A stretch of 64,000 bases of DNA from positions 32,001-96,000 of the IMG/VR virus record IMGVR_UViG_2895847146_000001; one strand, given 5' to 3'. This stretch comes from a virus. Taxonomy: Duplodnaviria > Caudoviricetes. The notes beneath the pieces are model-generated. The model made no database searches and was not told the DNA's origin. It saw nothing but the letters and a program-made list of their open reading frames with translations. Of the stretch, positions 35,055 to 45,500 are shown piece after piece (position 1 is the stretch's first letter; each line of letters begins with the position of its first letter). A program made the position numbers and the translations under genes.

Positions 35055-36782
35055 TTAGGCCGTTGCCAGTGAGCCAACATTGGCCGCGCCGGGGCCGGCC
35101 ACCAGGCTTGCCAGCGTTCCGCCGTAGCCGACAAAGCGGATGGTGGTAATCGAGCTGTTGGCCTCCAGGTACACGGGCTTAATGCCGCCGCTCAGGCTGG
35201 TGCCGGTCAGGTCGAGGGTGGTAATGGCCCCGTCGTTCATCTTGAGCAGGTATTCCAGGTTCTGGGCCGTGGTGCCCGCCAGGTCCAGCGTACCGATGGT
35301 GGCTTGGTCCATCTTTATCAGGCAGGAGCCCGAGGCCGTAGCCGCCACGCGGGTGTGCGTCAGGTTCTTGATCTCAATGGTGGCGGCCGTCAGGCGCGGG
35401 TGCGACACCAGCGTATCAAGCTGCACGATTGGGGCCGTGAACGTAGAGCCCGCCGCCGTGTCCTGCTCCACCCCGTCGTTGTAGGTAATGGTAGTGTGGC
35501 TGTAGCCCATCACCCGCCACGAGCACCAGTTAGCCGTGTAGTCGGTGCGCGTCACGCGCAGGAAGTTCACGACATCCGTGTTGCAGGCCACGAAGGCGGT
35601 GCCCTTCTTGTTCAGATCCGGGTCGGACTCATCGGGCAGACAGTCCACATGAATATCCGTGAAGTTGATGTTCTTAGCGTACGTCTGCCCGGGCTGGGCC
35701 TGTGGGCTGGTCCCGGCCGAGATATAGAAGTTGTCGAAGGTCAGCCAGTAGTCGTGCGTGTAGCCGAACAGGTCCGAGATAAAGACATTCTCGATGAGCG
35801 AGGCGGCGGGCAGGATGCGCACAAACCAGCGGCCCCCGATGGCCTCAATCCGGCGCACGGTGATGTTCTTCTGCCCGCTGTAAGTCTTCATGGCGTCGTA
35901 CACGTTCGGCGCGTTCGGCGTATTGAGCAGGTTGTTCAGTGAGAAACTGTAGGGGTCGGAACTGCCGTTAATGGCAATCTTGTCATCGTGGGTGCCTTCT
36001 ACCGAGCAGTCCTCAATGACCATTCCGTCAATGGCCCCGTTCAGGTGGAAGCCATCGGTGTAGATTTGGCCTTCCTGGTTCTTGACGTGGCAGTTACTGA
36101 CCCGGCCATTCTTGATGTTTTGCAGGTGTACGCTTTGCACCTTGGCCCGCACGAGCTGCATGTTTTCCAGAATCAGCCCGTCCACGCCCCGGAAATTGAG
36201 CACCCCAGGCAAGCCCTCGGTAGCCGTCCAGGTCTGGTCAAAGCCCTTGGCGTTCCAACTGCCGCCGCTGATGCGGATGTTCTGGTCGATAATGGCGGCC
36301 GGGTTCCAGGTCAGGTTTTTGTTGCGGAAAATATCCTTGTTGGTGCCGCTACGCAGCATGGCCCCCACCGTCAGGTCGTCGGCCGTGGCAAGAATGGTCG
36401 TGTCGCTGTTGAGCAACAGGGTCCGCACGCTGGCTGCCTTGTTCCACGTCAGCGTTTTGGGGCCGTTCTGATCGAGAAACGCCTGTACGGCCGCTGTGGA
36501 ATCGTGAACGGGAATGTTGTCTTCCTGCGCCTGGCTATAGTACTGGTACGTAAAGGGGCGCATTTCTAACTGGCCGGGGTCCATCTCCGGCTCCGGGTCG
36601 ATACTGCTCAGCGTGGCCGTGGTACCGCCTCCTCCGGCCGGCCGCTGGGGCACGACAATGCTAATGGTGTTGGTCCCGTCAACAGCCCGCAGGGTAATGC
36701 GGCGCTTGTCCGTGTTGGGCGAGGTGTAGCGGCTTTTCCCATCCGACCCGGGAAAGGGCGCTGGTTCAAACGTTAAAGGCAT
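35055..36782 (-). CDS. Tail spike / polysaccharide depolymerase (pectin-lyase-like beta-helix)
   Basis: DSTAAVQA, TDGFHL, HDDKIAI and repeated beta-helix rungs. Confidence 0.8.
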   Translation of the reverse strand: MPLTFEPAPFPGSDGKSRYTSPNTDKRRITLRAVDGTNTISIVVPQRPAGGGGTTATLSSIDPEPEMDPGQLEMRPFTYQYYSQAQEDNIPVHDSTAAVQAFLDQNGPKTLTWNKAASVRTLLLNSDTTILATADDLTVGAMLRSGTNKDIFRNKNLTWNPAAIIDQNIRISGGSWNAKGFDQTWTATEGLPGVLNFRGVDGLILENMQLVRAKVQSVHLQNIKNGRVSNCHVKNQEGQIYTDGFHLNGAIDGMVIEDCSVEGTHDDKIAINGSSDPYSFSLNNLLNTPNAPNVYDAMKTYSGQKNITVRRIEAIGGRWFVRILPAASLIENVFISDLFGYTHDYWLTFDNFYISAGTSPQAQPGQTYAKNINFTDIHVDCLPDESDPDLNKKGTAFVACNTDVVNFLRVTRTDYTANWCSWRVMGYSHTTITYNDGVEQDTAAGSTFTAPIVQLDTLVSHPRLTAATIEIKNLTHTRVAATASGSCLIKMDQATIGTLDLAGTTAQNLEYLLKMNDGAITTLDLTGTSLSGGIKPVYLEANSSITTIRFVGYGGTLASLVAGPGAANVGSLATA

Positions 36783-36793
36783 AATAGGGAGAA

Positions 36794-37669
36794 TTAGCGA
36801 CCCAGGGCCGTATCCAGGTTTTGAACCAGGGTGGTAAAGTTTTGAATCTCAGCAGCAGACAGGGCTTGGCTAAAGAAATAAGCGCCTGTGAACACCTTAT
36901 CAGAAAACTGATTATTGTTGCGGCTGCCCAACTTGAAGTCAGAGCCAGTAAAGGTGATTCCCGGCAGAGCACTTACTTGACCGCCTCCTAGCAACGACCC
37001 GTTCTTGTATATATCATGGCGAGTCTCAGGCCGGTTGCCGACTGTCAATCCTGCCGACGAAGCCACGGCTTGGCCTTGCGTAGCTGGTCCCGCCTCAAAG
37101 AAGGCGCTTCCATTAAAAAATGCTTGCAATTCCACCAGTTGACCATTACTAAGCACGGCCGCTATTTCCGAGGCACTTTCTGAAATAGCTGAGGGCGTGT
37201 TGAAGGCCAGGGCGAAGTTGTCGGGGTCCAGCTCGGATACGTTCAGGTGGGTCTCCGCGTACTGCCCGTTACCGCTTTGGTCAAAGCTCATCACACTGTT
37301 GCCATGCACGGCCCCGTTGGGGAACGTGAGGCGGTACGCCGCATCCGTGTTGAGCGGATTGACCATGTTCAGGCTGTGCGACAAGGCCGTGCTGCCGCCA
37401 ATGGGATAGGCCGCCTTCAGCTTCGGGTAGATACCCGCTGATTTGAGCCCTTTAAAAAAGGCATCCCACGCATGGCCGCCCGTATCGGCGAAACCCGCAT
37501 TGGTTAGGTAGGTTTGTGCGTCCGGGTCGATGCTGGGGTTGCCGCCGCCGCCCGTGGCGGGCACGGCGGCCGTGGCAACGGCAGTGCCCCCCACGGGGCG
37601 TACTCGCAACGTGCCCGCCGTGGTGCCGGGTACCGTGAAAGGAATAGAGGGAGCGGGAGTAAAGGCCAT
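36794..37669 (-). CDS. Receptor-binding / lectin-like (LamG-like) fibre protein
   Basis: DPDAQ.YL...FFKGLK.AGIY.KL.A.YP.G domain and C-terminal ALSAAEI. Confidence 0.65.
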   Translation of the reverse strand: MAFTPAPSIPFTVPGTTAGTLRVRPVGGTAVATAAVPATGGGGNPSIDPDAQTYLTNAGFADTGGHAWDAFFKGLKSAGIYPKLKAAYPIGGSTALSHSLNMVNPLNTDAAYRLTFPNGAVHGNSVMSFDQSGNGQYAETHLNVSELDPDNFALAFNTPSAISESASEIAAVLSNGQLVELQAFFNGSAFFEAGPATQGQAVASSAGLTVGNRPETRHDIYKNGSLLGGGQVSALPGITFTGSDFKLGSRNNNQFSDKVFTGAYFFSQALSAAEIQNFTTLVQNLDTALGR

Positions 37670-39039
37670 TATGCTTCGGGCGAGTCGTTGATTTCAAGAG
37701 TGGTGCCGGGCTGCGGCGTCCAGGAAACTTCCCCGGTGGCCTCGTTCACCGTCAGGTCGGTGGGCAAGGCCGGCTCCTGTGCGGGAGCTTCGATGAACTC
37801 ATATTCGTAGTTCACCCCCTGGATTGGGGTCCAGCTTGCCAGCCGGGCGGCGCTAACAGTCAGGTCGTTCGGGGCCACTAGGTTGTTGCCGGTGGTTACC
37901 TGTGCCGGGGCGGTGTAGTCGGACGGCGAGGCGCCCAGGGCGCGGATGCGCAGGAAGTAGAGGGTCGAGGCTGTCAGACCTGTAATGGAAAGCTGCGTGG
38001 CGTTGGCTGCCGTCGATACTTTCGTGGAGGGGCTGAAGTTGGCGCTTAGGGCGTACTCAACCTCGTAGCCGGTATTGCCTGTCGAGGTGTTATTCCAACT
38101 CGTGCCAATGCTGGACGAGGACTGTGGCTCGGCCGTAAAGCCGGTGGGCGCTACCAGTTGCGGAACCCCGGCCAAGTTCACGGTGCGAATCACCGACCAT
38201 TCCGAGTTCGTGTAGTTCGGCAACTGCCCCTTGGCGCGGACGCGCACGTAGTAAGTCAGGCCGCCGGTCAGGCCGGTAATCGAGCCGCCGCCAAAGTCGG
38301 GCAGCACCTGCACGGTCTTGGTCGCAGCCGTTTCGGGAAAACTGGTGCTGGTGGAGGCTTGCAGCTCGTAGCCGTTGTTGTTGAGTACCGAATCCCAGGC
38401 GGCGGCAATGGTGCCCGCGCCGTTTTCGTTGGCCGAAAAGCCGCTTGGCGGGTCAAGCTGCACACCCTGCACGGTGAAGACAGCGCTACTCGTGGCGGGC
38501 CCGCCCGGCGTATATACCTTCACCGTGCCCGTGGTAGCAATAGCCGAAACGGTTGCCGTAAGGGAGGTTGCCGTGTTGTTAGTAATCTGGCCGACGGCCC
38601 CGTTGATTGCCACGGCCAGCGCGTTGCTCAGGTTGGTGCCCGTAATGGTGAAGGTCGAGCCGATCGAGCCGGTTGTAGGCGAGAACGAGGTAATGGTAGG
38701 GGCGGGCGTGGTACCTGCTCCCTCCACTATCTCCTTGATCTTGATGGACGTGGGCAGTTCCCAGGATACCACGGGGTTGCCCCCGGTGTAGACCTCGTAG
38801 GTTTCACCGTTCACGAGCTGCCCCAACACCCCGCCTGGGGTTTTGCCGCCATACTTACCGGTGTACACCGTCTTGGCGTTGATGCCCGTGGTGGCGTTGC
38901 GGGGGCCAATCAACACGATTTTATCCACGTTGACCACCCACGGGGCAGCGGTAATAGCACCGGAGCCGGAAGGCAAGGTTAAAGTTGTGCCCGTCCAGCG
39001 GACGAGCACAATCTTGGTGTTAATGATGGTTGAAGGCAT
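37669..39039 (-). CDS. IPT/TIG plus FN3-domain virion fibre protein
   Basis: PTITSFSPT.G..G..FTITGTN; two complete FN3 domains (GLT.G.TYYVRVRA); two C-terminal half repeats. Confidence 0.8.
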   Translation of the reverse strand: MPSTIINTKIVLVRWTGTTLTLPSGSGAITAAPWVVNVDKIVLIGPRNATTGINAKTVYTGKYGGKTPGGVLGQLVNGETYEVYTGGNPVVSWELPTSIKIKEIVEGAGTTPAPTITSFSPTTGSIGSTFTITGTNLSNALAVAINGAVGQITNNTATSLTATVSAIATTGTVKVYTPGGPATSSAVFTVQGVQLDPPSGFSANENGAGTIAAAWDSVLNNNGYELQASTSTSFPETAATKTVQVLPDFGGGSITGLTGGLTYYVRVRAKGQLPNYTNSEWSVIRTVNLAGVPQLVAPTGFTAEPQSSSSIGTSWNNTSTGNTGYEVEYALSANFSPSTKVSTAANATQLSITGLTASTLYFLRIRALGASPSDYTAPAQVTTGNNLVAPNDLTVSAARLASWTPIQGVNYEYEFIEAPAQEPALPTDLTVNEATGEVSWTPQPGTTLEINDSPEA

Positions 39040-39041
39040 CG

Positions 39042-40787
39042 TTAGTAGGAAAGCGTGAAATCAGCAGCCGGATTCGGGAAAGCAAACTCGTGGCGCACCC
39101 CGGCGCCGTCGTACCACGCCCCGCTGTCGCCCTTGTAGTCACCCGACCAGTTGACGTAGGAGGTCACCCCGCCGTCGGTGATGGTGAGCACCTGCGGGTC
39201 AGCGGTGGTGGACTTCTGGTTGAATTCGAGCTTGCGGGGGCCTTCGGTGGCCAGTACCATGCCATCGAGGCCGGTACCGCCGTTGTTGTCAGCGGCCAGG
39301 AAGTGGGAATAAGTGGGCAGCGGGGCCGTGGCCGTTACCAGAATCGTAGTGCCGAAGGCGGCGCCCTCAGCCGTGCCGTCGTAGGCTTTGGCCGTCAGCG
39401 TGTGGTTGCCCGCTGCCAGCGCCGAGGTGGTCGTAGAACCCGACGCGCCCGTAATGGTGCCGACCAGCGCGGCGCCGTCGTAAATGCGGATACTGGCTAC
39501 CGTGCCGTCGCTGTCCGTGGCCGTGGCCTGCACCGTTACCGTGCCGCCAGCGGCAATGCTGGTGGCGGTGGTGGCTGAGAAGGCGGTAACCACGGGAGCC
39601 AGGTTGGCGGCCGTCACGGTAATGTTCTTGCCTCCAGCAGTAATGGTTTCGCCGTTGTTGTCGAGGGCCCGGGCCGTGAAGACTTTGGTGCCGGCCGTCG
39701 CGGGCGTGTACACCAACTCGTAGAGGCCGCTGGCCTCCTTGACCGTCTTCAGGCCGAGAGAGTTGCCGTCAATCAGGAATTCTACCGAGTCCACGCCCGA
39801 CGGGGCCGTAGCGGCTACCTTGAGCACCACCGACTGGCCAGCCACCACCGAGGAGGCAGACAACGAGGTGGTGATGGTACTCGTGGCGGGCGCGGCGGTA
39901 ACAAAAATGTTGACCACGGACGAAATGGTGGTGTTGCCGTCCAAGTCGAGCACCTTGGCCGTCAGGGCGTGGTTGCCCGGGGTGGTTGGCTTCCAGTCAA
40001 AGGCATAGGGCGCGGTTAGTACCGGGTCATTCAGCGGCGTAGCGCCGTCGAAGAACGTTACCTCGTCCACGCCGTAGGTGCCAGCGGTTACTACGGCGGT
40101 CAGCGGCAGCGTGCCGCCCAGGGCCAGCGTAGTTACCGGCACGTTCAGCGTAACCAGCGTCGGCACCTGGTTAGCAGCCACCACACTAATGTTCTTGGGA
40201 GCCGAAACCGAGGCCGCACCCTGGCTATCGGTGGCTTTGGCCGTGAAGGTAAAGCCGCCAACAGCCGTCGGCTTGTACTCAATGGCATACGGCGGAGACG
40301 TGGCGCGGCCAATTTGCAGTTGGCCCTGGTAGAACTCCACCACGATAATAGAGCCGTCGGGGTCTGAGGCCGTGGCGTTCAGGGTGACTTTCTGGCCCAG
40401 GGTAATAGCGCCCACGCTTACGTCGAGCGTAACGACGGGCAGCTTGTTGTCGGTTTCGTCGGTGGTGTAGACCAGCACCCACACGCCCGCCTGGTACTGG
40501 TACCAATCGAGCTTGTTGCCCCCGCGCTTGTGCAACCAGAGCTGGTTTTCTACGCCGGCCGTGGCGGGAAACGCATTGGAGGGCGCCGTGATTTCGAAGC
40601 GGGCGCGCGGGGCCAGCACCTTGCGCTGGTCGGCCTGGGTCACCTCAAAGGTTTTGCCTGGATAGGTGGGGTGCGTGGGCGGGGCCGTGAATAGCCCTAC
40701 CCAATCATCACCGGGAAGTACCCCCTCGGGCAGAAAGCCAACCTCAAGCGGGGTTTGGCCTTCTAAGGCGGTTGGATCAAGCAGCAT
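39042..40787 (-). CDS. Ig-like repeat virion protein
   Basis: Four bacterial Ig-like repeats (ATASDPDGSI..VEFY...G..T.TAKATD..G). Confidence 0.82.
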   Translation of the reverse strand: MLLDPTALEGQTPLEVGFLPEGVLPGDDWVGLFTAPPTHPTYPGKTFEVTQADQRKVLAPRARFEITAPSNAFPATAGVENQLWLHKRGGNKLDWYQYQAGVWVLVYTTDETDNKLPVVTLDVSVGAITLGQKVTLNATASDPDGSIIVVEFYQGQLQIGRATSPPYAIEYKPTAVGGFTFTAKATDSQGAASVSAPKNISVVAANQVPTLVTLNVPVTTLALGGTLPLTAVVTAGTYGVDEVTFFDGATPLNDPVLTAPYAFDWKPTTPGNHALTAKVLDLDGNTTISSVVNIFVTAAPATSTITTSLSASSVVAGQSVVLKVAATAPSGVDSVEFLIDGNSLGLKTVKEASGLYELVYTPATAGTKVFTARALDNNGETITAGGKNITVTAANLAPVVTAFSATTATSIAAGGTVTVQATATDSDGTVASIRIYDGAALVGTITGASGSTTTSALAAGNHTLTAKAYDGTAEGAAFGTTILVTATAPLPTYSHFLAADNNGGTGLDGMVLATEGPRKLEFNQKSTTADPQVLTITDGGVTSYVNWSGDYKGDSGAWYDGAGVRHEFAFPNPAADFTLSY

Positions 40788-41184
40788 ACGGTTGTTCTAG
40801 GAGGTCAGAAGAAAGAGTGGAGCTGAGAACCAGCAGTTTGCTATTGACCACCAGCAACTTGCCGTTGACCACGAGCACGCGGTGGCGCACCGTGGCGCCG
40901 GTTGTCGGAATGACGGGGAACTGTGCTCGCAGGAACGGGTCGGTGCCGACGGCGAGCAGGCCGTATAGTTCCTGCAGGGAGCCAGCCAGGGCCTCGCGCA
41001 CGCCTGGGTCAGCCTCCAGGGCAATCTGCTCCAGGCCCAGCTTGAGGTGGAGCATCGAGGCTTCCACGGCAAACGTGGGCAGGCACTCCTTTTCGAGGTA
41101 GAGCAGGTGGGCGCCGAGTTCCGCGAGGCGAACCTGGGCCGCACCTTCCAGCTGCGCCCAGCCCGGTAGTGGGTTACTTGCCAT
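40777..41184 (-). CDS. Structural-region hypothetical protein
   Basis: Likely start MASNPLP overlapping the upstream stop. Confidence 0.55.
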   Translation of the reverse strand: MASNPLPGWAQLEGAAQVRLAELGAHLLYLEKECLPTFAVEASMLHLKLGLEQIALEADPGVREALAGSLQELYGLLAVGTDPFLRAQFPVIPTTGATVRHRVLVVNGKLLVVNSKLLVLSSTLSSDLLEQPYAA

Positions 41185-42166
41185 ACAGGAAGGGATATAA
41201 AGCCGTGGGAGTAGGCGCCCCGGGCAAGGCCGCAGCCGAGGCCGCCAGGGCGGTGGCCAGGGCAGGGTTGCCGGTGCGAGCGGCGGCCTCCACGCCAATC
41301 AGGCGGGCCGCGCGGGAAAGCCAGCCCTCGTCAATGCGGGCGGCCCGGTCCCCCATCGTCAGGGCCAGGTTGCGGATTTCGGCGGCAAAGACGCGGAACT
41401 GCTCGCGCTGCACCGGCACGTAGAGCGTGGCCAGGGGCGAGCCGCTGAGGCTGATTTCCAGGCGGTAGATACCGTCTTTGCTGACGGGAGCCGTGAAGGT
41501 CAGGCGCTGCGGCGTGGTGGTCACGCTGGCCACAAGGCCCTTGGTGGCTTTGGGGGCAAACACAAGGCAGGTGACAGCGGACGTGTCGGCGTTGGCCATG
41601 TCCACAATGACGGTCATGGTGCCGGCCGTGGGGCTGTCTACGAGGTAGTACACCCCGGGCGCGGGCGCCGGCAGGCCGGGGGCCAGCAGCGAAAGGGGGC
41701 TGGTGGCGGGCTGGGTAGCAAACGCGGTAGCCGGCGCGGGCGTCGCCAGCGTGGCCCGCACGAGGTGCAAGTTCTGCTCAGCGGCGGCGTTGCGGGTTTT
41801 GTAAAGCCGGACCCACGCCACCCGGTAGGCCGTGTCGGTACCCCGCTCATAGGGGCGTAACGAGTGGCGTAGGTATAAATCAGCAAAGGCCCGCTGGTGC
41901 TGGGCCGTTTCGATATGCAGGAAAGGCTCGGACTCGTCCAGTACGGTGGTCAGGTCGGCCGCTACTTTGGCCAGCACGAGTTGGTACACACCGTCGCCGG
42001 GAAAGACCACCGAGGCAGACAAGGCCCCGGGAATACCCACAAACTGCCGCACGCCCCGCGTAAGCAGGATGAGTTGACGCAGTTCACCCGCAGCAGCAAT
42101 GCCGTCACGGTCTGTAACGGTCAGCTGGCGGGTGCTGGTGGTATAGGTGCGAGTCGTTTGCAGCAT
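41174..42166 (-). CDS. Structural-region protein with an internal duplication
   Basis: Two DGVY/DGIY-containing halves. Confidence 0.65.
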   Translation of the reverse strand: MLQTTRTYTTSTRQLTVTDRDGIAAAGELRQLILLTRGVRQFVGIPGALSASVVFPGDGVYQLVLAKVAADLTTVLDESEPFLHIETAQHQRAFADLYLRHSLRPYERGTDTAYRVAWVRLYKTRNAAAEQNLHLVRATLATPAPATAFATQPATSPLSLLAPGLPAPAPGVYYLVDSPTAGTMTVIVDMANADTSAVTCLVFAPKATKGLVASVTTTPQRLTFTAPVSKDGIYRLEISLSGSPLATLYVPVQREQFRVFAAEIRNLALTMGDRAARIDEGWLSRAARLIGVEAAARTGNPALATALAASAAALPGAPTPTALYPFLYGK

Positions 42167-42388
42167 TTAGTATTGTTGGCCGAGGGGCAACAGTTTGCGC
42201 CGGCTTCGCTCGGCTTCGATTTCTTTTTTCCGCTCAGATGCGAACCTCTTAGCAATAGGGCCATAGTGGCCTTCTGCTATTTCATTGCACTCCAGAATGG
42301 CCATATCCAGATACCGAAGGGCATAGACATGAAGCTTGCCCATATTGTAGGCAAGCGTCTTGGTGAAATGGAGTGCCGTCTTTAGCAT
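42167..42388 (-). CDS. Small hypothetical protein
   Basis: 73-aa ORF directly downstream of promoter D. Confidence 0.5.
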   Translation of the reverse strand: MLKTALHFTKTLAYNMGKLHVYALRYLDMAILECNEIAEGHYGPIAKRFASERKKEIEAERSRRKLLPLGQQY

Positions 42389-42434
42389 GACAAGGGAGAC
42401 AAAAAAGTACAGGGAAGTAGAGAGCTTAGTGGGT

Positions 42435-42504
42435 CAAATATACAAATTCTATCCCGGAATCCGAGATAGAATTTGCACGTTTCGTCTTGACTTTCAAGAT
42501 AGCC
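42435..42504 (-). promoter_or_regulatory. Promoter with paired 25-bp palindromes (site D)
   Basis: -7 box TATATTTG (42435-42442); palindromes at 42447-42471 and 42480-42504. Confidence 0.8.
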
Positions 42505-42511
42505 GGAGCGG

Positions 42512-45500
42512 CTACAGCATTTCCCGGAATACAATCCGGTCCGGGTCTTTCATCTTGGCGCCGACCACGGCGTACTTGGCCCGCTTGGTGGCGGCCTTGC
42601 TGATAGCGGCCATCCGTTTGGCGGCTTGGTCGTGGTTCAGCGAGCGGAAGTTCTCAATATCCTGTAACAGAATCTGCTTCAGCACTTTGCCGCGCAGTTC
42701 CAGGAACCTGTAGAACGTTTCATCACTCATGGGCCCCTCCTTCCACTGGCCGGCCACCCCGGCAGAAGCGGGTAGCTGCCCTTCGGCCTGCTGGAAGGTG
42801 AAGGCCACCGTTGTGCGCTGGTTGGGCACGGGAATGCCCACCCCTTTTTCCGTCAACACGTCCCAGATGCGTTGCGTGGCCGCGTCGCGGTGCGTGGGCC
42901 GGCCGCTCGTCAAGCGGTCTGATTGCACTTTCATGGGCTCGCCCAGCGCGTCGAGGGCCGGGCGCATGCCCGAGCGGAACACGGGCAGGTCTTGCTGCAC
43001 CACTTCCCAGGCCCGCTTGGCTTCTACTTTGTCCGTGTCGGTGAAGTCCTGCAGGTCGCGGCTGAACTGGCGTAGCAGGCCCGAGGCGGGAACGTAGCCC
43101 GTGACCGAGTAGCCCAGGGTGCGCTCCAGGTAGGTCTGCATCTTTTTCAGGCCGCTGGTTTCTCCGCCGTAGCCGCCCGAGCTGGTCAGCGCGTCCAGGG
43201 CTTCGGAAATGTTCTTGGTGGCCGTCGTTTCCACCACCATGCCCATTGTGCGGAAAACCAGCAGGCTGGCCCCGCTCACGTAGGAGTCGTCGGTTTCGGG
43301 GTTGGCCTTCTCGTACAGCTCGCGGTCTTTCATGGCACCGACCACGCCGAGCACGAAGAACAGCGGGCTTTCCTTGTAGCTGACCCACTTGCTGCCGAGC
43401 TTGACCGCGTAGGGCCGCCAGCCGTTTTGCAGCAGCTGGTTGCGCTGGGCCGAGTCGCGCGGGCCGGGGCCGCTGATTTCCAGGTTATCGTCGTCGTCCT
43501 CGCGGTGCGTGGCGGCGTAGAGGCCCGCCAATAAGGCGGTGCCCATCGTGGCCTTGGCCAGTACTTTGGCCCGCTCCTCGGCCGTGTAGGGCCGGTATTG
43601 GGAACCCTGACGCTCGAAGCCGATACCACCCTTGGCTGCCCGCACGAAGCCGTGCAGGGTGTAGTCGAGGTAGGCATTGGCCACGTTGGTAATGACGCGG
43701 GAGAAAGGCACCACCCACTTGCCCAGCGGACCAACCCGCTCTACTACGTTGCTTACGCCGGTAAAGACCACGCCCAGCGTGCCTTCCATTTCGCCGTTGA
43801 ACACGGCCCGCGTGGCGTACTGGCGGGTATCTTCCTGCATCGGCATGGGGCGGCTCTGCTCCATTAGTTCCCACACGCGCAATACCGCGTCTCGCCCCGT
43901 GCGGCCTTCGGCCGTGGCCGTAGCCACCGCGTCGGCGTGGCGCTGGGCTGAGTTGCCCAGCTTTTCGTGCACGGCCTCCCAGGTGGCGCGGGAAGGGTCT
44001 TGGCGGCCTTCCTTGGTGGCTTCTACGGCCGCCAGCTCCCAGGCCCGCATTTCGCGCAGGCCCGACTGGTAGAACACGTCCGAGGCTTTCAGCAGGCGGG
44101 GCACAAACTTGAGCACCCCGGCCAAGCGGTTGCCGCCCAGGGCCGCCACTTCCAGCGTGTTCGGCACGTCGTACTTGCCCAGCTGGCCCGAAGGTTCGTA
44201 GCCGGTCTGCAGTACTTCGGTAGCCAGCCGGGCGCCGGCCTTCAAGCCGGCTGCCAGCCCGCGCACCGGGGCCGTGACCTTGCCGCCCTGGCGGAGTACG
44301 TTACCGGTGGACAACAGGGCCTCCATGAAGGTCTGGTGGGTGTTGGCCGTGAAGTTGACCAGGTGCGTAGCGTAGGAGCTGAGCACGTTGGCGTACCACA
44401 TGGCCTGTGAGAGGTCCAGGAAGCTCACGCCCTTAATGCCCTGCAGAAACAGGTTCAGCTCGCGCACGGCCTTCTCCTTGTCCCGGCCGACGGGCGCCTT
44501 CTCTACGGCCGCGCCCAGCGTGCGCAGGCGGGCCACGTCCTGCACCGTCAAGTCGGGTAGGTCAGTGGCTTCCGCAATCAGGCCAATGACGCGACTGTCG
44601 GACAGGGGCGAAAGATTGAGCAGTTCCAGGGTTTTGTCCAGGGCGGTCTTGCCCTTTTTGCCCAGGCCCACCCGCACCCGTAGCGAGTACATGCGGTTGA
44701 GGATGCTTTCGCGCTTGGCGGTGAGCTGGCGCTGAAACTCCCTCTCCAGGGTGGCGGCGTACTCGCGGGCGGTGGCCGGGTCCAGGCCCGCGTCGGCCAC
44801 GAGCTTTTGCACCAGCGTGCGGCCTGTATCTTCCTGCTCGCTGACGTGTAGGCGCACGATGGCATCGAGCTTCAGGCTCATTTCCCGAAGGCCCTCCCCC
44901 ACTACGGCTGCCGCCTGCTTGTTGCTGTTAGGCTGACCGATTATCTGGTCTGCATAGCCGCGCAGCAGTTCCAGTAAGTCCGATTTCTGGTCGTCCGTCA
45001 GGGCCAGCTTCTGGATCTGGGCTTCTACTTCCTGCTTGCTGCGCTCCCACACATCGGCGTATTCAGCCTTGTTACGCAAGGCAGCTACCAGCGCATCCCG
45101 GTTGCTGATTTTCTTCTTGCCGGGGGCGGGTGGCAACGATTCGCGGACTTTGCCCATCAAGGTGGACAGAAGTTGTTTCACCGGGTCGAACTGGCCCGGG
45201 GCGGTGGGGGTGACTTCCGCCAGGATACGGGCGGCCAGCAGACGGGCCTGCTCCTGCGCTATCTGGTCGTCAATGTCCTGGGCAGAGTTCAAGCCCGTGG
45301 CATCGCCGCCGTCGGCCAGATACTGCTGCGTGGCTTGCTCGTAGGCGTCGCGCAGGTAGGGCTTGGCCTTGGCGCCGAAGTCGCGCACGAGTTTGGCGGC
45401 CACGTCAGCAAACTTGCGGGTGCCGGCTTCCAAGTGAAAAACGGCACCGACAATCAGCTGAGGCGGAATAGGTGTGGAGAAGGCCATTTTCTTGAATGCC

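Noticed and set aside
35055-40787. Diversity-generating retroelement or shufflon acting on fibres
   Set aside because: No reverse transcriptase, template/variable repeat pair or invertase in the window
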